A stretch of 64,000 nucleotides of DNA from Prorocentrum cordatum (taxonomy: Eukaryota), in the NCBI GenBank assembly GCA_963575745.1, contig CAUYUJ010000120.1:1-64000 (forward strand), read 5' to 3'. Shown here in pieces: positions 36,391 through 50,057 of the stretch. A program made the translations under genes and the position numbers. The notes under the pieces were generated by a model. The model was given only the letters and a program-made list of their open reading frames with translations, ran no database searches and was not told where the DNA came from. The first letter of the stretch is position 1, and every line of letters begins with the position of its first letter.

Positions 36391-38139
36391 AGAAGGAGTC
36401 CGCGCAGGAGAGGTGAGCGCGGGCCCAGCCGCGGGGCACGGGCATGCCTCAGACACGGGGCGCCGTGTACATCGACGCGCGATTGCGGAGCGGCGTCGGA
36501 CCCAGAACAGCGTTGGGGGTGCAGAAACGCGGAGCCAGAGCAGCGTTGGGGAGAGCGGCATTACTGGCGAGCCACGCCAGGGTCTTGCCTTCTTCACGCA
36601 GGTGTTCCATTCGGGGGGTTTGGTCACCCCAAGGTCGTTCTGCACCCCCGGAGCACCGTTACACTTTCTGGGGTCGGGGGACGGGGTATGGGTTGGGGGA
36701 ATGGGTGGGAGGATGGGGCCGTCGCGCGCCGTGTTCGCAGGTGGAGCGCGCGCGCGCGCGGAGGAGCGGGCCGCCCGCGTGCGCTTCGCGCCGCGGCGGG
36801 GCGCGTGCGATTCGCGGCGCGCGAAAGTTGCCAGGGGCCGCGCAGGGCGCGGCGCGGGGAATAGGCTGTCGGTGATTATGCGTTGACTTTAGGCTCGGGG
36901 AGGCTCGGGTCAGGGAACCATAATCATGACAGAAGGGGACGCCCGCGCGCGCTCGCAGGGACTGCGCGCATCAGAGCGCGCAATTGGATCGTGCGAGCAA
37001 AGCGCGTTGGCGACAGCGGTTGCTGTTGGTTTGTTTCCCACCCACCACACCCTGGGCCCCGGTGGGGTTACCGGGGAGAATTGGGATGGGCGCCGGCGTG
37101 GACTTCGCCGTGCAAGAGGCGATGCGCACCGGCTGCGAGGGGTCCTGCCTCGAGTCGGCCGAACGTGTGCGTCGCAGGTGCGAGAACGCCGCGCAGGTCA
37201 GCGCGTGCGGGGAAGGGGCCTTCCTTCCCTGGTGGCCGCTGGCAGCGGTCGCATCACCAGGTGTAACGTCTGACAGGTGCGCGACATGTTTTGCGCGCGC
37301 GAACACGCCCGCCGTATCCCGACCCCCGGTGGGGTGCTCGGGTCGGCGAGGGCGGCGCCGGACGCCGGCAGTGTTCGCTTTCCCCGTGGGGAGAGCGGCA
37401 TTACTGGCGAGCCACGCCAGGGTCTTGCCTTCTTCACGCAGGTGTTCCATTCGGGGGGTTTGGTCACCCCAAGGTCGTTCTGCACCCCCGGAGCACCGTT
37501 ACACTTTCTGGGGTCGGGGGACGGGGTATGGGTTGGGGGGAATGGGTGGGAGGATGGGGCCGTCGCGCGCCGTGTTCGCAGGTGGAGCGCGCGCGCGCGC
37601 GGAGGAGCGGGCCGCCCGCGTGCGCTTCGCGCCGCGGCGGGGCGCGTGCGATTCGCGGCGCGCGAAAGTTGCCAAGGGCCGCGCAGGGCGCGGCGCGGGG
37701 AATAGGCTGTCGGTGATTATGGCAGGAAGTGGAGGATGTGACGACACAGAGTGTTCAAGCTGTTGCGGAATCACCTACTTGTGAAGGTGAACTTATCAAT
37801 GCGGCGATTGTGTCTGCGGCCAGTCAACACCTCATGCACAGGGGCGGCAGGTGCGTCGTCCGAAGAAGCCCGAGGACTTGTGGAGGGTGCAGGAGGACAT
37901 GAAACAGCTTAGGAAGGAGAGGAGGTGGGAGGACTGCAAACAGTTACGAAGGCTTTACCGACCTGCGAAGAGAAGGTACCGTGCAGAGCTTGTCAGGTTT
38001 CAATTTACCAGGGAAGGACGGAGCAAGCGTACTTACAATCAGGTACCGTTGGAGGTGGTTCAGGAGGATGATGGGATACATAGATCGGAAGACTTGGAGG
38101 AGTGGGGGGCGGGGGTTGGACGGTTTGCGTGCGCCACTA

Positions 38140-41100
38140 TTCCCGGGGAGCTCTCTGAGAGCTAGAGGGTTTTAGATTAGAAGCCGGACGGTGGTGGTGT
38201 CTGCCAGCAGCCCATCTTCGCCGCTCCAAAATCCCCGCAGCGACCTGTAAAATGTCGCAGCGGGGCCGGGAGCGCTTCGGGCACGCGTCCACGCGTGCCT
38301 GCACGCGTGCAGGCACGCGTGGAGGCGTTCCCGGCAGCGCTTCAGAAGCGCTGCAGGGAAGCCCCCAGAGCTCCAGAAGCGCTTCATGAGAGCGTCCGAG
38401 GGCCAGCCAGAAAAGCTTTCCGGCGTGTCTTCTCTTTGCTCTCTGCTCTCCGGGTTTTGGACGCTACCAAGTACCTCGTAGAGCTCTTCGCCATCGATGA
38501 GCTAGAGGAATTCCGGCGCGGGAGGGAGCTAGTTGGTCGACCCGGCCAGAAAGGACAAAGTGATAACTTTTGGGTGGTTTTGCAATTTTTTGAAAGATAT
38601 TTGACAATTCATTTTGAGAAAGCAGATTTTTCGCACCTGTAAACGACTATGAGGGCCTCTCTGTCTTAGTATGAGCCCTGTAGGCGTACTTTTACTATCA
38701 AAACACTTGGCGGAACCATCTTTATGTCGACACGATTTTTTCTTTTTTCGAGAAATGCTTCCAGAAGCTCGTAGAGCTTCCCTTAGCTAGTTGCTGGAAG
38801 CTTAAGAGTAATTCCGGCGCGCTGGAGAGCTAGTTGGCAAGAAAAATCTCGACTGACCTTTTGCTGACTTTTGGTCGGTTGAAAGTTTTGTTCTCGAAAT
38901 TCCACAATTCGTTTGAGCTCTAGTTTTTCTTCTGACCACATTCGATCTTATTCCCGCTCGTCATCTTGATCTCAGCTCGATCGGGTAAATATTTCTGCAA
39001 AAAGCATCGCGGCGGGATCGGCTGTTTCGAGTCATCTTGATACGCATTGTCGGTATTTTTTACTTAACTCGAGCTGTAGGGCAGCTACAGAGCTCATTCT
39101 CTCAGGAATTGATTGCGAATCATCAGGCGCGTTCGTCTGTTCCATCTAGAGGTCTGAACTCGCTCTGCTGCCCTAGCTAGGTTCGCGAAACTATTTGTGT
39201 TGTTGGAGTCATCTTGAGAGGTGCTGACAGTTTTCTGCACTTAACGCGGGCTGTAGGGGGGCTACAGGGCTCGTACTCACAGGAATCGATTCGGAGACAT
39301 CAGGCGCGTCCGCCTGCCGAATCCAGAGCTCGGAACTCGGCGTGCTGCCCGAGCTAGGTTCGCAAAACTGTTCGTATTCGTCGAGTCATCTTGAGAGGTG
39401 CTGTCCGTTTTCTGCACTTAACTCGAGCTGTAAGGGGGCTGCAGTGCTGGTAATCACTGGAATCGATTCGAAGACATCAATCGCGTCCACCTGTCGCATT
39501 CAGAGCCCTGAACTCGGCCTGCTGCCCGAGCTAGGTCCGCGAAACTATTCGTATTGTTCGAGTCATCTTCAGAGGTGCTGTCGTTTTTGTGCACTTAACT
39601 CGGGCTGTAAGGGGGCTGCAGGGCTGGTAATCACAGGAATCGATTTGCAGACATCAGGCGCGTCCGCCTGTTGCATTCAGATGTGTGAACTCGTCTGATA
39701 CTCGAGCTAGATTCGCGAAACTATTTGTATTGTTCGAGTGATCTTGAGAGGTGCTGTCGATTTTCGCACGTAGCTCGCGCTGTGCGAGAGCTACGGAGCT
39801 CGTGCGCACTGAAAACGATCCAGAAGCATGAGGGGCGTTTGGCTGTTGCATCTTGAGGTCTGAAATCGTTTAGGCTGAAAAGTTATTCGTTCTCTGCAAT
39901 TTTTTCCGACATTATATATGCTTAGGAAGCTCTACGAGTCCCCCGGCGGTAAGGAAGGTTGACGGTTTACCGCCGGCGCCGAGTTCCGGCGCGGGGTGGA
40001 GCTAGTACCTCGTAGAGCTCTTCGGCATCGATGAGCTAGAGGAATTCCGGCGCGGGGTGGAGCTAGTTGGCCGACCCGACCAGAAGAGACAATGTGACAA
40101 ATTGGGGTCGGTTTTGCTAAGATTTGAAAGATAATTCACAATTCATTTTGAGAAAGCAGATTTTTCGCACCTGTGAACGATTATGAGGGCCTCTGCGTCT
40201 TAATATGAGCTGTGTAGGCGCACATTTACTATCAAAACACTTGGCGGAACCAACTTCATATTGACATGAAAAAACATCAATTTTGCTTTTTTTTCGCGAA
40301 ATGCTTCTAGAAGCTCTCTCTGTCGATTCTAAGCACTCTCGCGCGTGGAAGGAGCTCTACGAGGTTCCCGGCGGTGACCAGGTTGACGGTTCACCGCCGG
40401 CGCCAGTTTGCCGACCCGACCAAAAGAGACAATGTGACAACTTTTGGGTGGTTTTGCATTTTTTTTTGCAAAGATATTTGACAATTCATTTTTAGAAAGC
40501 AGATTTTTCGCACCTGTAAACGACTATGAGGGCCTCTCTGTCTTAGTATGAGCTCTGTAGGCGCACTTTTACTATCAAAACAGTTGGCGGAACCAACTTC
40601 ATGTCGACCTGAAAAAAATCAATGTTTCCCTTTTTCGAGAAATGCTTCCAGAACCTCTCTCTTTCGACTCTGAGCACTCTTACGCGTGAGAGGAGCTCTA
40701 CGAGGTTCCCGGCGGTGACCAGGTTGACGGTTCACCGCCGGCGCCAGTTCAGTGCGAAGAGGCTCGCTACGCTAGTGCTCAGGCGTTGGAGACGGCGAGG
40801 TGTGCAGCAGCAGCCTCGCATCGGGCAGTGGACATTCGTGTGTGCTCGTAGAGCTCTTCGGCATCGATGAGCTAGAGGAATTCCGGCGCGGGGTGGAGCT
40901 AGTTGGCCGATCCGATCAAAGGAGAGAATGTGACAACTTTCGGTGGGTTTTGGTAAGATTTGAAAGATGTTTGACAATTAATTTTGAGAAACCAGATTTT
41001 CGGCACCTGTACTGGGTTATGGCGCGTCCGTCAGTATAATTTTCAGGCCCATAGGCAGTATTATTATGAAAACATTTGGAGTAACCGACTTTTGATGAAA

Positions 41101-41728
41101 ACATAATTACTTCGTAGAGCTCTTCGGGGTGGAGCTAGTTGGACCGGCCGGCCAGAAAGGACAAATTGGTGACTTTTGGTCGGTTTTCGAAAAATTTGAA
41201 AGAGATTGAACCATTTATTTAGAGAAAGCAGATTTTTGCGCGTCGCATTTGCATATAAACTCCTTTCTGACAGCAGCTCAGCTTTCCTGATGCACTTTTG
41301 CATGAGTTGACTTCCAGGAACTGAGCGAATATGAGCATCGACAATATCGAAAATGAAGATGTTCGAAAAATCTATATTTTTTAATTCTGTGTCGATTCTC
41401 AGCACTCTTACCAGTGGGAGGAGCTCTACGAGGTTCCTGGCGGTGACCAGGTTGACGGTTCACCGCCGGCGCCAGTTTTGAGAAACCAGATTTTCGGCAC
41501 CTGTAGGGTTATGGCGCCTCCGTCAGTATAATTTTCAGGCCCATAGGCATTATTATTATGAAAACACTTGGAGTAACCGACTTTTGATGAACACATAATT
41601 GCGCGATGTTCAAGTTTTCCCGATCTTGCCCTAGAGTGAGTCTTTCTGCATATGTACCGAGGAGTGCCGTGCGAGAAAAGAGCTCTACGAGGGCCCCGGC
41701 AGTGACCTGGTTGACAGTTTATCGCCGG
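38140..41728 (+). repeat. Nested hairpin-ended elements (family C, long and short families)
   Basis: Same terminal motifs and 178-bp units as 1-32175. Confidence 0.88.
40007..40407 (+). mobile_element. Short-family (~400 bp) element
   Basis: Flanks GGAGCTA-GT and TTGCCGACCCGAC rejoin to the consensus GGAGCTAGTTGGCCGACCCGAC. Confidence 0.85.
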
Positions 41729-44145
41729 TTTCTGACACATGTTCTTATGCATGGGCTCCAAGGGCGCATATATGAGCCCAGAAGGGAAACCCAGGGACAC
41801 CAGACAATTGTACGCCAACGTCAACGTAACATGGTCGAAGCACTGAAGCACGTCTGGACATCCAAGGTACAGTGATTCACCTTTGCCCCAAAGACACGCG
41901 TGTTGTGAGAGCCTCTTGAGCACCGTCATCATTTCATGTGTTCTATCACTTAGACATAAGAGGTATGAGGCATATCTGCCTAGTGTCTTTGAGCTGTGTC
42001 ATTTTCGGGCACTTCGGTATCAATGTTTCAAGGGTGTTTCTCCAGCACATCGGTGTGAGATGCTCCCGACTGGCCAAGCGCTGAAAGAAGTCACGCACGC
42101 GGCGCACACGCGCCCAGAGAAGCAACTTGCATCTCAGGCGACACGTCGTCGTACGACGCACCCCCTTTCTTCAGTCGTGCACGTTTGAAGGTGTATGGTG
42201 GGCGGATTGGGTGTCTTGGGATATTGCGCGGGAGGAGTGGAGAGCCCCTTCGGGTTCAAGGCGGTGTCCGTGTATCTCTGGGAGAAGGTTGTGCGGCAGT
42301 GGGAGGAGAACGACTATCGGTATGAGTTGAAACCCCCCTTGAGTGGAGGTAGGAGGAGGATTACACATGCTCTTTGGGCGGATAACTTGTAGGTGTGCGC
42401 ACGGTCCTTGGACGAACCTCGGGAGATGATGTCTATGCTCACGGTGCCGTTGGCTCAGGCGGGCCTGCGTTGGAAACCCTCATCGCTTGGATACCTTGTG
42501 GAGGCTGGCCTCGCTGTTCTGATGCCGAGCTTTGAGTGTACGTTCGCCAGATGTCTGTTCTGGGGGTGGAACTTTTCGATGACTGGAGTGATCATCGGGA
42601 CCTACTTTGTCATATGCAACGTGCCAGACGTGCGTGGATGTGTGATGTACAGTTCTATCGCTGTAGACAGTTACCTATGCGTGATCGCTATATGCGCTAC
42701 ATTGCACGGCGGATGAGGGTACCATTCAGAAGTTATATGCGTGGGAGGGACAACTGCTTGTGATTGTAGGGGGGCCTTCGCAAGAAGGCGAGTGAGGATT
42801 GGACAGTGTATACTCAGAGGCGGCTGCGATATGGTCGCCACCACTTCGCCAGGCATGGCTTCCAATCGCTTGTCCAAAGATTTCTCAGAAAGCAGTTTGA
42901 TTGGGCACAGGATGTGGCATCGTTCACTTGTCCGCACTCGCGTGCACCAACGATTGCTTCCACGTCAGTGGAGGAGGCACCAGCCAATCGGCGTCAGCAG
43001 ACGAGGATCTTCCGTGAGTCTGCGAGGGGCCAGCGACAAAGACTTTCGGCAGCCCAGCCCGCGGAGGCACCGACGCCAGCACCACCTGTGTCGGATGACA
43101 TGTTGAGGCCCTTTGTACTTTCACGTGTTGCGATGCTGCGTGGATTGGGGGAGTGGACCGAGAGGAGGGAGGCCATGATTACTGCAAGTAGGAGGACGAC
43201 GGAGATAACCAGACTAAGGGCAGGTGGTTACCTACAGGCTACAGGCCGTGGGACTTCTTATTTGCGCAGGCTGCTGGTGTGAACTGGTGGCACCATCTGA
43301 ATTGGAGCGAACATGGTTTTCGCGAGTTTGCCACTGGTCGACTGTGCGCGGCGGGATTCTCACATATGTTGGAGGGCTCTATCTTAAAGAGGAGGGAAAT
43401 CAGATACACAGAGAGGAGGAGGGGGAGGAGGACAAACAGCCAACACAGGCGGCGCTTGATCGTATTGCCAAGCGCCTTGCTGCCAACTTTGAAAGTGAGA
43501 TCCGCTTCGAACGACGAGGCGGAGTTGCGATGGAGCTTCTAGGTGACTCCATGCTGATAACCAATTGGATGAGGGGAGGGTGGAGCTACAACAACAACAT
43601 ATACCGATCGCAGGTGAGGGAGGTTGTTGACTTGCTAGACGGTGCTTGCCGTAACTTTAATCTGCAGGGCCCTGCCACAGGGTATGTTCTATGGCGTCAT
43701 CACGTTCGTGAAGGCAATGAGCGTGCAGACCGACTTACTTGGGAAATCAGACATCTACCGTTACAATCGAGGTATAGAAGCATTCAACAACATATAAACA
43801 ATACTGAAACATTGATCGCAATCCGTGGTGCGTACGACGGTGGCGTTAGTAGTGCAGGTGCGGGGGGAGGATGGTGGCTGGATGGAGAGTTCACTAGTGC
43901 GCACTCTGGTGAAGGGGCTGGTGATAGCCTGCGCACGTTTACCCGTGCATTGGCGGAGGAGGCTTTCGGCCTGCTTCCCGATGCGACGGTTGCGCAGTGT
44001 GAGCTTGAGGCCGTTTCGAGACTTGCCCGCTCTGCTTGCAAGATACTCCAAGAGTATGACGTTTTTCAGGGTACACCCAACCCGCAGGGGCACCAACCCG
44101 ACCGCCCTTGTAGGGCCCTGTGGTCGGACCGCAATCCGCAAAAAA
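41729..44145 (+). mobile_element. 5'-truncated, 5'-inverted decayed LINE (RT plus RNase H) with ~24-bp TSD
   Basis: Minus-strand RT pieces at 41729-42175 (LIPK..RQICL; DVLQCFDHV). Plus-strand GGVESP, LWADN and RNase H ORF 43224-44207. TSD 41705-41728 vs 44146-44169 (21/24 identical). Confidence 0.85.
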
Positions 44146-47100
44146 ACTTGGTTGACGGCTTATCGCCGGCTCCAAGTAATTGTGCTCGGTTTAATTGGAT
44201 TTCTTGAAATCTGAATGGTCGTTAGAGCTAGTATTTTTCCCCCCCTCTTCGATCTTATGTCCGCTCGCCATCTTGATCTCAGGTCGATCGGGTACATATT
44301 ATTGCCAAAAAGCACTCTGGCGGCGCTGCGTTCCGCCCCGCACGGCCGCCCTGGGCTCCCTGCGCGCGCGGGCCCGGGGGCGCGCCGGTTGGGCGGGCGC
44401 GCGCGCTCGGGCAGCGCGGCGCGCACATGCGCGCGCCACACGCACACGCGCGCACGCGCGCACCACGCGCAAAAACTCGCACGCACGCGCACGGACGTCT
44501 GTACTATGGGTATTATTATTACGCATTGTGGCGTGGCTTGCCGTGCTTTTGGATTGCTACGTGCGCGAGCAGCTGCCTTGTGGTTTCACCTGCTTGCGTT
44601 CGCAGCCGCGCCCGACGGTGTCAGGGCCGCCGTGTGTTCTACTGCTCGGCTATCCGGGTTTTGGACGCCAGCAAATTCGACCTCTTTCCCGCTCGCCATC
44701 TCAATCTGAGGTCGACCGGGTACATATTACTGTCAAAAAGCATGTGGGCAGGATCGATTGCTCAGTGTTCGCTTGACAGGTGCTGTCCTTTTTCTGAACT
44801 TAACTCGAGCTGCAGATAAGCTAACGGGCTGTTCGGCACAGCAATCAGAGAAATATCACTAGGAGCGTTATTCTGAAGTATCTAGATGCCTGAACTCGGT
44901 CTGGCACCATAACTAGGTCAGAACAAATTATTCGTATTCTGGATTTTTTCACAGATGATTATGAGTTTATCGATGTAACTCGAGCTCCAGGTGAGGCACA
45001 GAGGTGTTCGGCAGAGCAATCGGAAGAAAGTCATCGGAAGCGCTAGTTTGAAGTATCTAGATGCCCGAACTCGGTCTGCTAGTAGTACCTGGGTCTGAAA
45101 ATGAATTTGTACTCTGATAGTTCTTCCCAGATGGTGATGAGTGTCTTGATGTGATTCGAGCTGCAGATAATATACATATCTGTTCGGGGCAGCAATCGGG
45201 AGAAAATCATCAGAAGCGGTAGCTAGACGCCCGAACTCGTTCTGCTACCTGAGCTGGGCCGAACAATTATTCTCTCTGCTACTTTCCTATAGTACGATTG
45301 CTTTCTTGAGCTGTAGATGAGCTAGAGAGCTGTCTGGCACAGCCATCGTCAACATCATGAGAAGCGCTCGTCTCAAGTATCTAGATGCCTGAACTCGTTC
45401 TGCTTCCAGAGTTGAATCAAACAACTAGTCGCTCTATTAGTTTTCCCAGACGATGCCTTTCTTGATGTAGCATTTGCAGCAGATAAGATCAGAGCTGTTC
45501 GGCACAGCAATTGGACGAATGTCATCAGGAGCACTATTTGAAAGTATCTACATGTTTGAAATCGGTCTGTTAGCAGAGCTGGAACCAAACAAACTTTTCG
45601 TACTGCTGCTCCTCCTCCTTTTCCTTTTTTACTTCCTCCTTCTCCTTCCTTCTTCTCGTCCGTCCTCCTCCATGAAACCGCGCCCTCGCGCGCGCGGAAT
45701 GCGAGATTGCCGCGCCCGCATTTCAGTCATGTATATCGAGGAAGCTCTACGAGTTCCCCGCGGTAACCAAGGTTGACGGTTTACCGCCGGCTCCCAGTTC
45801 TGGCAATCTCACGACGTCGGTTACATCGAATCGCCCCAGGGCAGCCAGGATGAGGAGGATGTACTGGTAGCGGTGTACCACGCGCGATATGACTCGTAGA
45901 TCTTCGCTAAGAGCGAAGCAGCGAAACTTGAAGGTAATTCCGGCGCGCTGGGGGGCTAAGTGGCAGCAAATCTCGACGGATTTTGTTGCATATGTTCGCT
46001 CGGTTTAAATTCGATTTCTCGGAATTCAACTATTTGGTAGAGCTCTAGAATTTTTCGCTTCATATTCGATCTTATTCCCGCTCGCCATCTTAATCTCAGG
46101 TCGATCCGGTACATATTACTGTCAAAAAGCATGTGGGCGGGATCGGCCGTATAGTGTCATCTTGACAGGTGCAGTCGGTCTTCGGAACCGAACTCGAGAT
46201 GCAGATGAGCTGCAGGGCTGTTCGGCACAGCAATCGAGAGAGAATTATCAGAAGCGCCAGTCTCAAGTATCTAGATGCCCGAACTCGGTCTGCTACCAGA
46301 GCTGGGTTCGAACAACTATTCGTACTCTGCTATTTTTCGAGAACTGATTATGAGTTTATCGCTGTAACTCGAGCTGCAGATGAGCTACAGGGCTGTTTGG
46401 CACAGCAATCGAGAGGAAATCATCAGGAACGCTATTCTCAAGTATCTAGATGCCCGAAATCGGTCTGCTACCATAGCTGGGTTCGAACAACTGTTCATGC
46501 TCTGCTATTTTTCAGAGATGATGCTGAGGTTCTTGGACTCGAGCTGCAGATGAGCTGGAGATCTGTTTGGCACAGAGCCGAAAATAACAATCATCAGAAG
46601 CGATAGTCTGAGGTATCTAGATGCGCCAACACGGTCTGCCACTACAGCTGGGCCCGAAAACTAGTTGTGATCAGGCATTTTTCTTAGAGATGATGATGCG
46701 TTTCTTGAGGTAACTCGAGCTGCAGAGGAGCTACAGGGCTGCTTGGCATAGCAACCGTAATACACTCACTCATCATGGGTGCTAGTCTCAAGTGTCTAGA
46801 TGCCCAAACTCGGTCTGCTTTCGGAGGTGGAACCAAAAACACGATTCGTACTCTACTATCTTTTCAGAGATGACGATGCCTTCCTTGATGTAGCTCGAGC
46901 TGCAGATGATATTAGAGCTGTTCAGCACAGCAATTGGACGAATATCATCAGGAACGCGAGTTGCAAGTCTCTTCATGTTTGAAATCGGTCTGAGCCCAGT
47001 GCTGGAAACAAAGAACTATTCGTACTCCTGTTCCTCCTCCTGTTCCTTCTCCTCCTTCTCCTCCTCTTCCTCCTTCATCTGCTCCTCCTCTTTTTCCTCC

Positions 47101-47590
47101 TGTTCCTTCTCTTTCTCCTTCTTTCTCCTCGTCTTCCTTCTCTTTATCATCATCATCGCCCCTCTTCTCCCCCGCCACCCTCCCCCCTGCAGCTGCGGGG
47201 CTGAGAATTTGACAGGCAGACGCGGCATGACCCACTACAGGTGCGAAAAATACCGGTTCTCACAACGGATTTTCAAATCTCTAACAATATTCGCCCAACC
47301 GCCCCAAAGTTCCCACATTGTCCGCCCAGGCCGGGGGGGCCAACTAGCTCCACCCCGCGCCGGAATTCCATTAGTTCATCGATGCCGAAGAGCTCTACGA
47401 GGTATGTTTGCCCAACCGACCCAAAGTTCCCACATTGTCCGCCCGGGCCGGGTGGTCGAACTAGCCCCACCCCGTGACGGAATTTCTTTAGCTGATTGAT
47501 GCCGACGAGCTCTACGAGGTACTGGCCCCCCAGCGCGCCGGAATGACTCTCTAGCTTCACCGCTTCGCTCTTAGGGAAGCTCTGCGAGTC
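44146..47590 (+). repeat. Diverged long-family (D) elements with degenerate ~178-bp units and CT-rich microsatellite
   Basis: 5' end GACTCGTAGA at 45891, hairpin end 45741-45798, CT tract 47025-47190. Short minus-strand 5' ends at 47220-47590. Confidence 0.75.
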
Positions 47591-47591
47591 A

Positions 47592-48516
47592 CTGTGATCC
47601 CGCCGTGTCTCAGCAGTCGTGCCCCCTTATGGGCAATATGTGTTTCAGTATCCGCCCCCACATTCCACTCCCGATACACCCGCTTCCACGTGCCCCTTCC
47701 CAATTCGGGACTCAAAATATTGATCTGTTGGCTCGTGCCACTAAGGCAGTTAGTTCTGTATGCTGTTGATGATGCGCTCATATCTATGTATTTTTATATA
47801 TATATTACATCTCATTGTAGCGGCGGTATCTTCCATTCAGCCGACTGCCTACAATTTGGCTCTCACCTGTAATCTCCAAAAATATGCCATCGGGGTTGAG
47901 TCGCCAGCGAGTCTCGTCTTCCTTCAGAGCGGCCACTCTTTTCGCTGATCTATCCAGACCCTTTTAAAGCTGGTCCTCCGTCATCTCCTCTCCCCGACCG
48001 CCCTGAGATACCTTTCCGAAATCGGATCGCGCAGGGGGCAACCCTCCAAGACATAGACTAACTGGAGCTCTCTCAAAGTACCTCACAGTACTCCGTAAGA
48101 AATCTTTCCAAGCAGTTTCTGTCCAGATCATATCCTGAGTCCACGGGGGCCCCCTGGTGAGTTCGAGGAGTGACCTTCGCGGCGGTAGCCCGTATAGTAG
48201 TTTCTCCACAGCGGGCCCTCGCAATAGCCTTGGCCTCCTGGGAACCGAAGGACCTGCATAATGCATCGTTGCTCCGTCCAAAGACCCGACGCATGCGACG
48301 TGCACAGGCAGCTCCGCATAGAAGCAGTCGGCCTGCCCCGACGACCCCGGCAACGCGCGCGTTTGGGAGCAGGAAGCACTCAGGGTTCAGGGGGGTCAGA
48401 AAGGCCCACAGCACGTCTCCTCATTCTCGTAGTCTCACGACGTCGGTTACACCGAGTCGCCCCAGGGCAGCCAGGATGAGGAGGATGTATTGGTAGCGGT
48501 GTGCCACGCGATATAT
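47592..48516 (-). pseudogene. Decayed 3' fragment of a fourth LINE of the same clade
   Basis: Minus strand reads GLDRSAKRVAA..LEITGESQIVGSRLNG..KRVYREWNVGAD, matching ALDRIAKRLAA, ELKGDSQCVIRRLEG and VYREGNAEAD in the other LINEs. Confidence 0.7.
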
Positions 48517-50057
48517 GACTCGTAGAGCTTCGCTAAGAGCGAAGCAGCGAAGCTAGAGAGTAATTCCGGCGCGCTGGGGGGCTACTTGGCAACAGCAAAT
48601 TCGGAAGTTTTGCATATTTTTGTTCGGTTTAAATTCGATTTCTCGGAATTCAACTATTTGTTAGAGCTCTGGTATTTTGGTCTCTTCATATTCGATCTTA
48701 TTCCCGCTCGCCATCTTAATCTCAGGTCGATCCGGTACATATTACTGTCAAAAAACAGGTGGGCGGGATCGGCTGTTTAGTGTCATCTTGACAGGTGCAG
48801 TCGTTCTTCTGAACCGAACTCGAGCTGCAGATGAGCCACAGAGCTGTTCGGCACAGCAATCGAAAGATAATCATCAGAAGCGCCAGTCTTAAGTATCTAC
48901 CTGCCCGAACTCGGTCTGCTACCAGAGCTGGGTTCGACAAACTATTCGTGCTCTGATATTTTCGAGACATGATGATGAGTTTATCGATGCAATTGAGCTG
49001 CAGGAGCTACAGAGCTGGTTTGCACAGCAATCGAGAGGAACTCATCCGGAGCGCTAGTCTCAAGTATCCATATGCCCGAAATGGGTCTGCTACCAGAGCT
49101 GGGTTCGAACAACTATTCATACTCTGCTATTTTTTTGATATGACGCTGAGGTTCTTGATGTAACTCGAGCTGCAGATGAGCTGGGGATCTGTTTGGCACA
49201 GGAACCGAAAAGCAATCATCAGAAGCGATAGTCTGAAGTATCTAGATGCACCAACACGGTCTGTTACTACAGCGGGGCCCGAAAACTAGTTGTGCTCGGT
49301 ACCTTTTTTAGAGATGATGATGGGTTTCTTGAGATAACTCGAGCTGCAGATGAGCTACAGGGCTGCTTGGCACAGCAATCGTAAGACACTCGTTCTGAGC
49401 GCTAGTCTCAAGTTTCAAGATGCCCAAACTCGGTCTGCTTCCAGAGTTGGAACCAAAAGCACTATTCGTCTTCTGTAGTTTTTTAAGAGAAGACGATGTC
49501 TTCCTTGATGTAGCTCGAGCTGCAGGTGATGTTAGAGCTGTTCAGCACAGCAATTGGACGAATATGGCCAGGATCGCGAGGTACAAGTCTCTTCATGCTG
49601 GAATTCGGTCTGCATCCAGTGTTGGAACCAAACAACTATTCGTATTCCTGTTCCGCCTCCTCTTCCTTCTCCTCCTTCTCCTCCTCCTCTTCCTCATTCA
49701 TCTGCTGCTCCTCCTGTTTCTCCTCCTGTTCCTTCTCTTTCTCTTCCTTTCTCCTCATCTTCCCCCTCTTCATCATCGTCATCATCATCGTCCCTCTTCT
49801 CCCCCATCCACCCCCCCTCTGCTCGTCGTCCTCCTCTCCCTGCTCCCCCTCCTCCTCCTCCTCCTTCTCTTCCTTAACCTCCTCCATCTCCTTGTTCTCC
49901 TCGCTCCTTCGTCTCCTCCACGCCCCCTTCCATGAAACCGCGTCCTCGCGCGCGCAGAATGCGAGATTGCCGCGCCCGCGTTCCGTTCATGTTTATGGAG
50001 GCAGCTCTACGAGTTCCCGGCGGTAACCAAGGTTGACTTGGTTGCCACTGGGGCTCG

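Larger units (their letters stand above)
32334..37721 (+). mobile_element. DIRS-order retroelement with split direct repeats (PAT/Ngaro/TOC-like), no tyrosine recombinase visible
   Basis: A1 32334-32491, B1 36547-36880, A2 36878-37036, B2 37387-37721. ATG is shared by the left end, the B1/A2 junction and the right end. Contains gag-like and RT-RNase H ORFs. Confidence 0.85.
32176..38139 (+). pseudogene. LINE ORF2 fragment (endonuclease-RT linker), split by the DIRS-order insertion
   Basis: 32176-32336 joins 37722 in frame (..MEDMEEWQEVEDV..). The 37851 peptide (KRRYRAELV..RSEDLEEW) resembles the linker of the other LINEs (RREYRAAL..ISEDTEEW; RRSYRRQL..LTEDRSKW). Confidence 0.7.

Noticed and set aside
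36359..37784. Arg/Gly/Ala-rich ORFs as a missing recombinase
   Set aside because: They lie in GC-rich terminal repeats and lack catalytic motifs.
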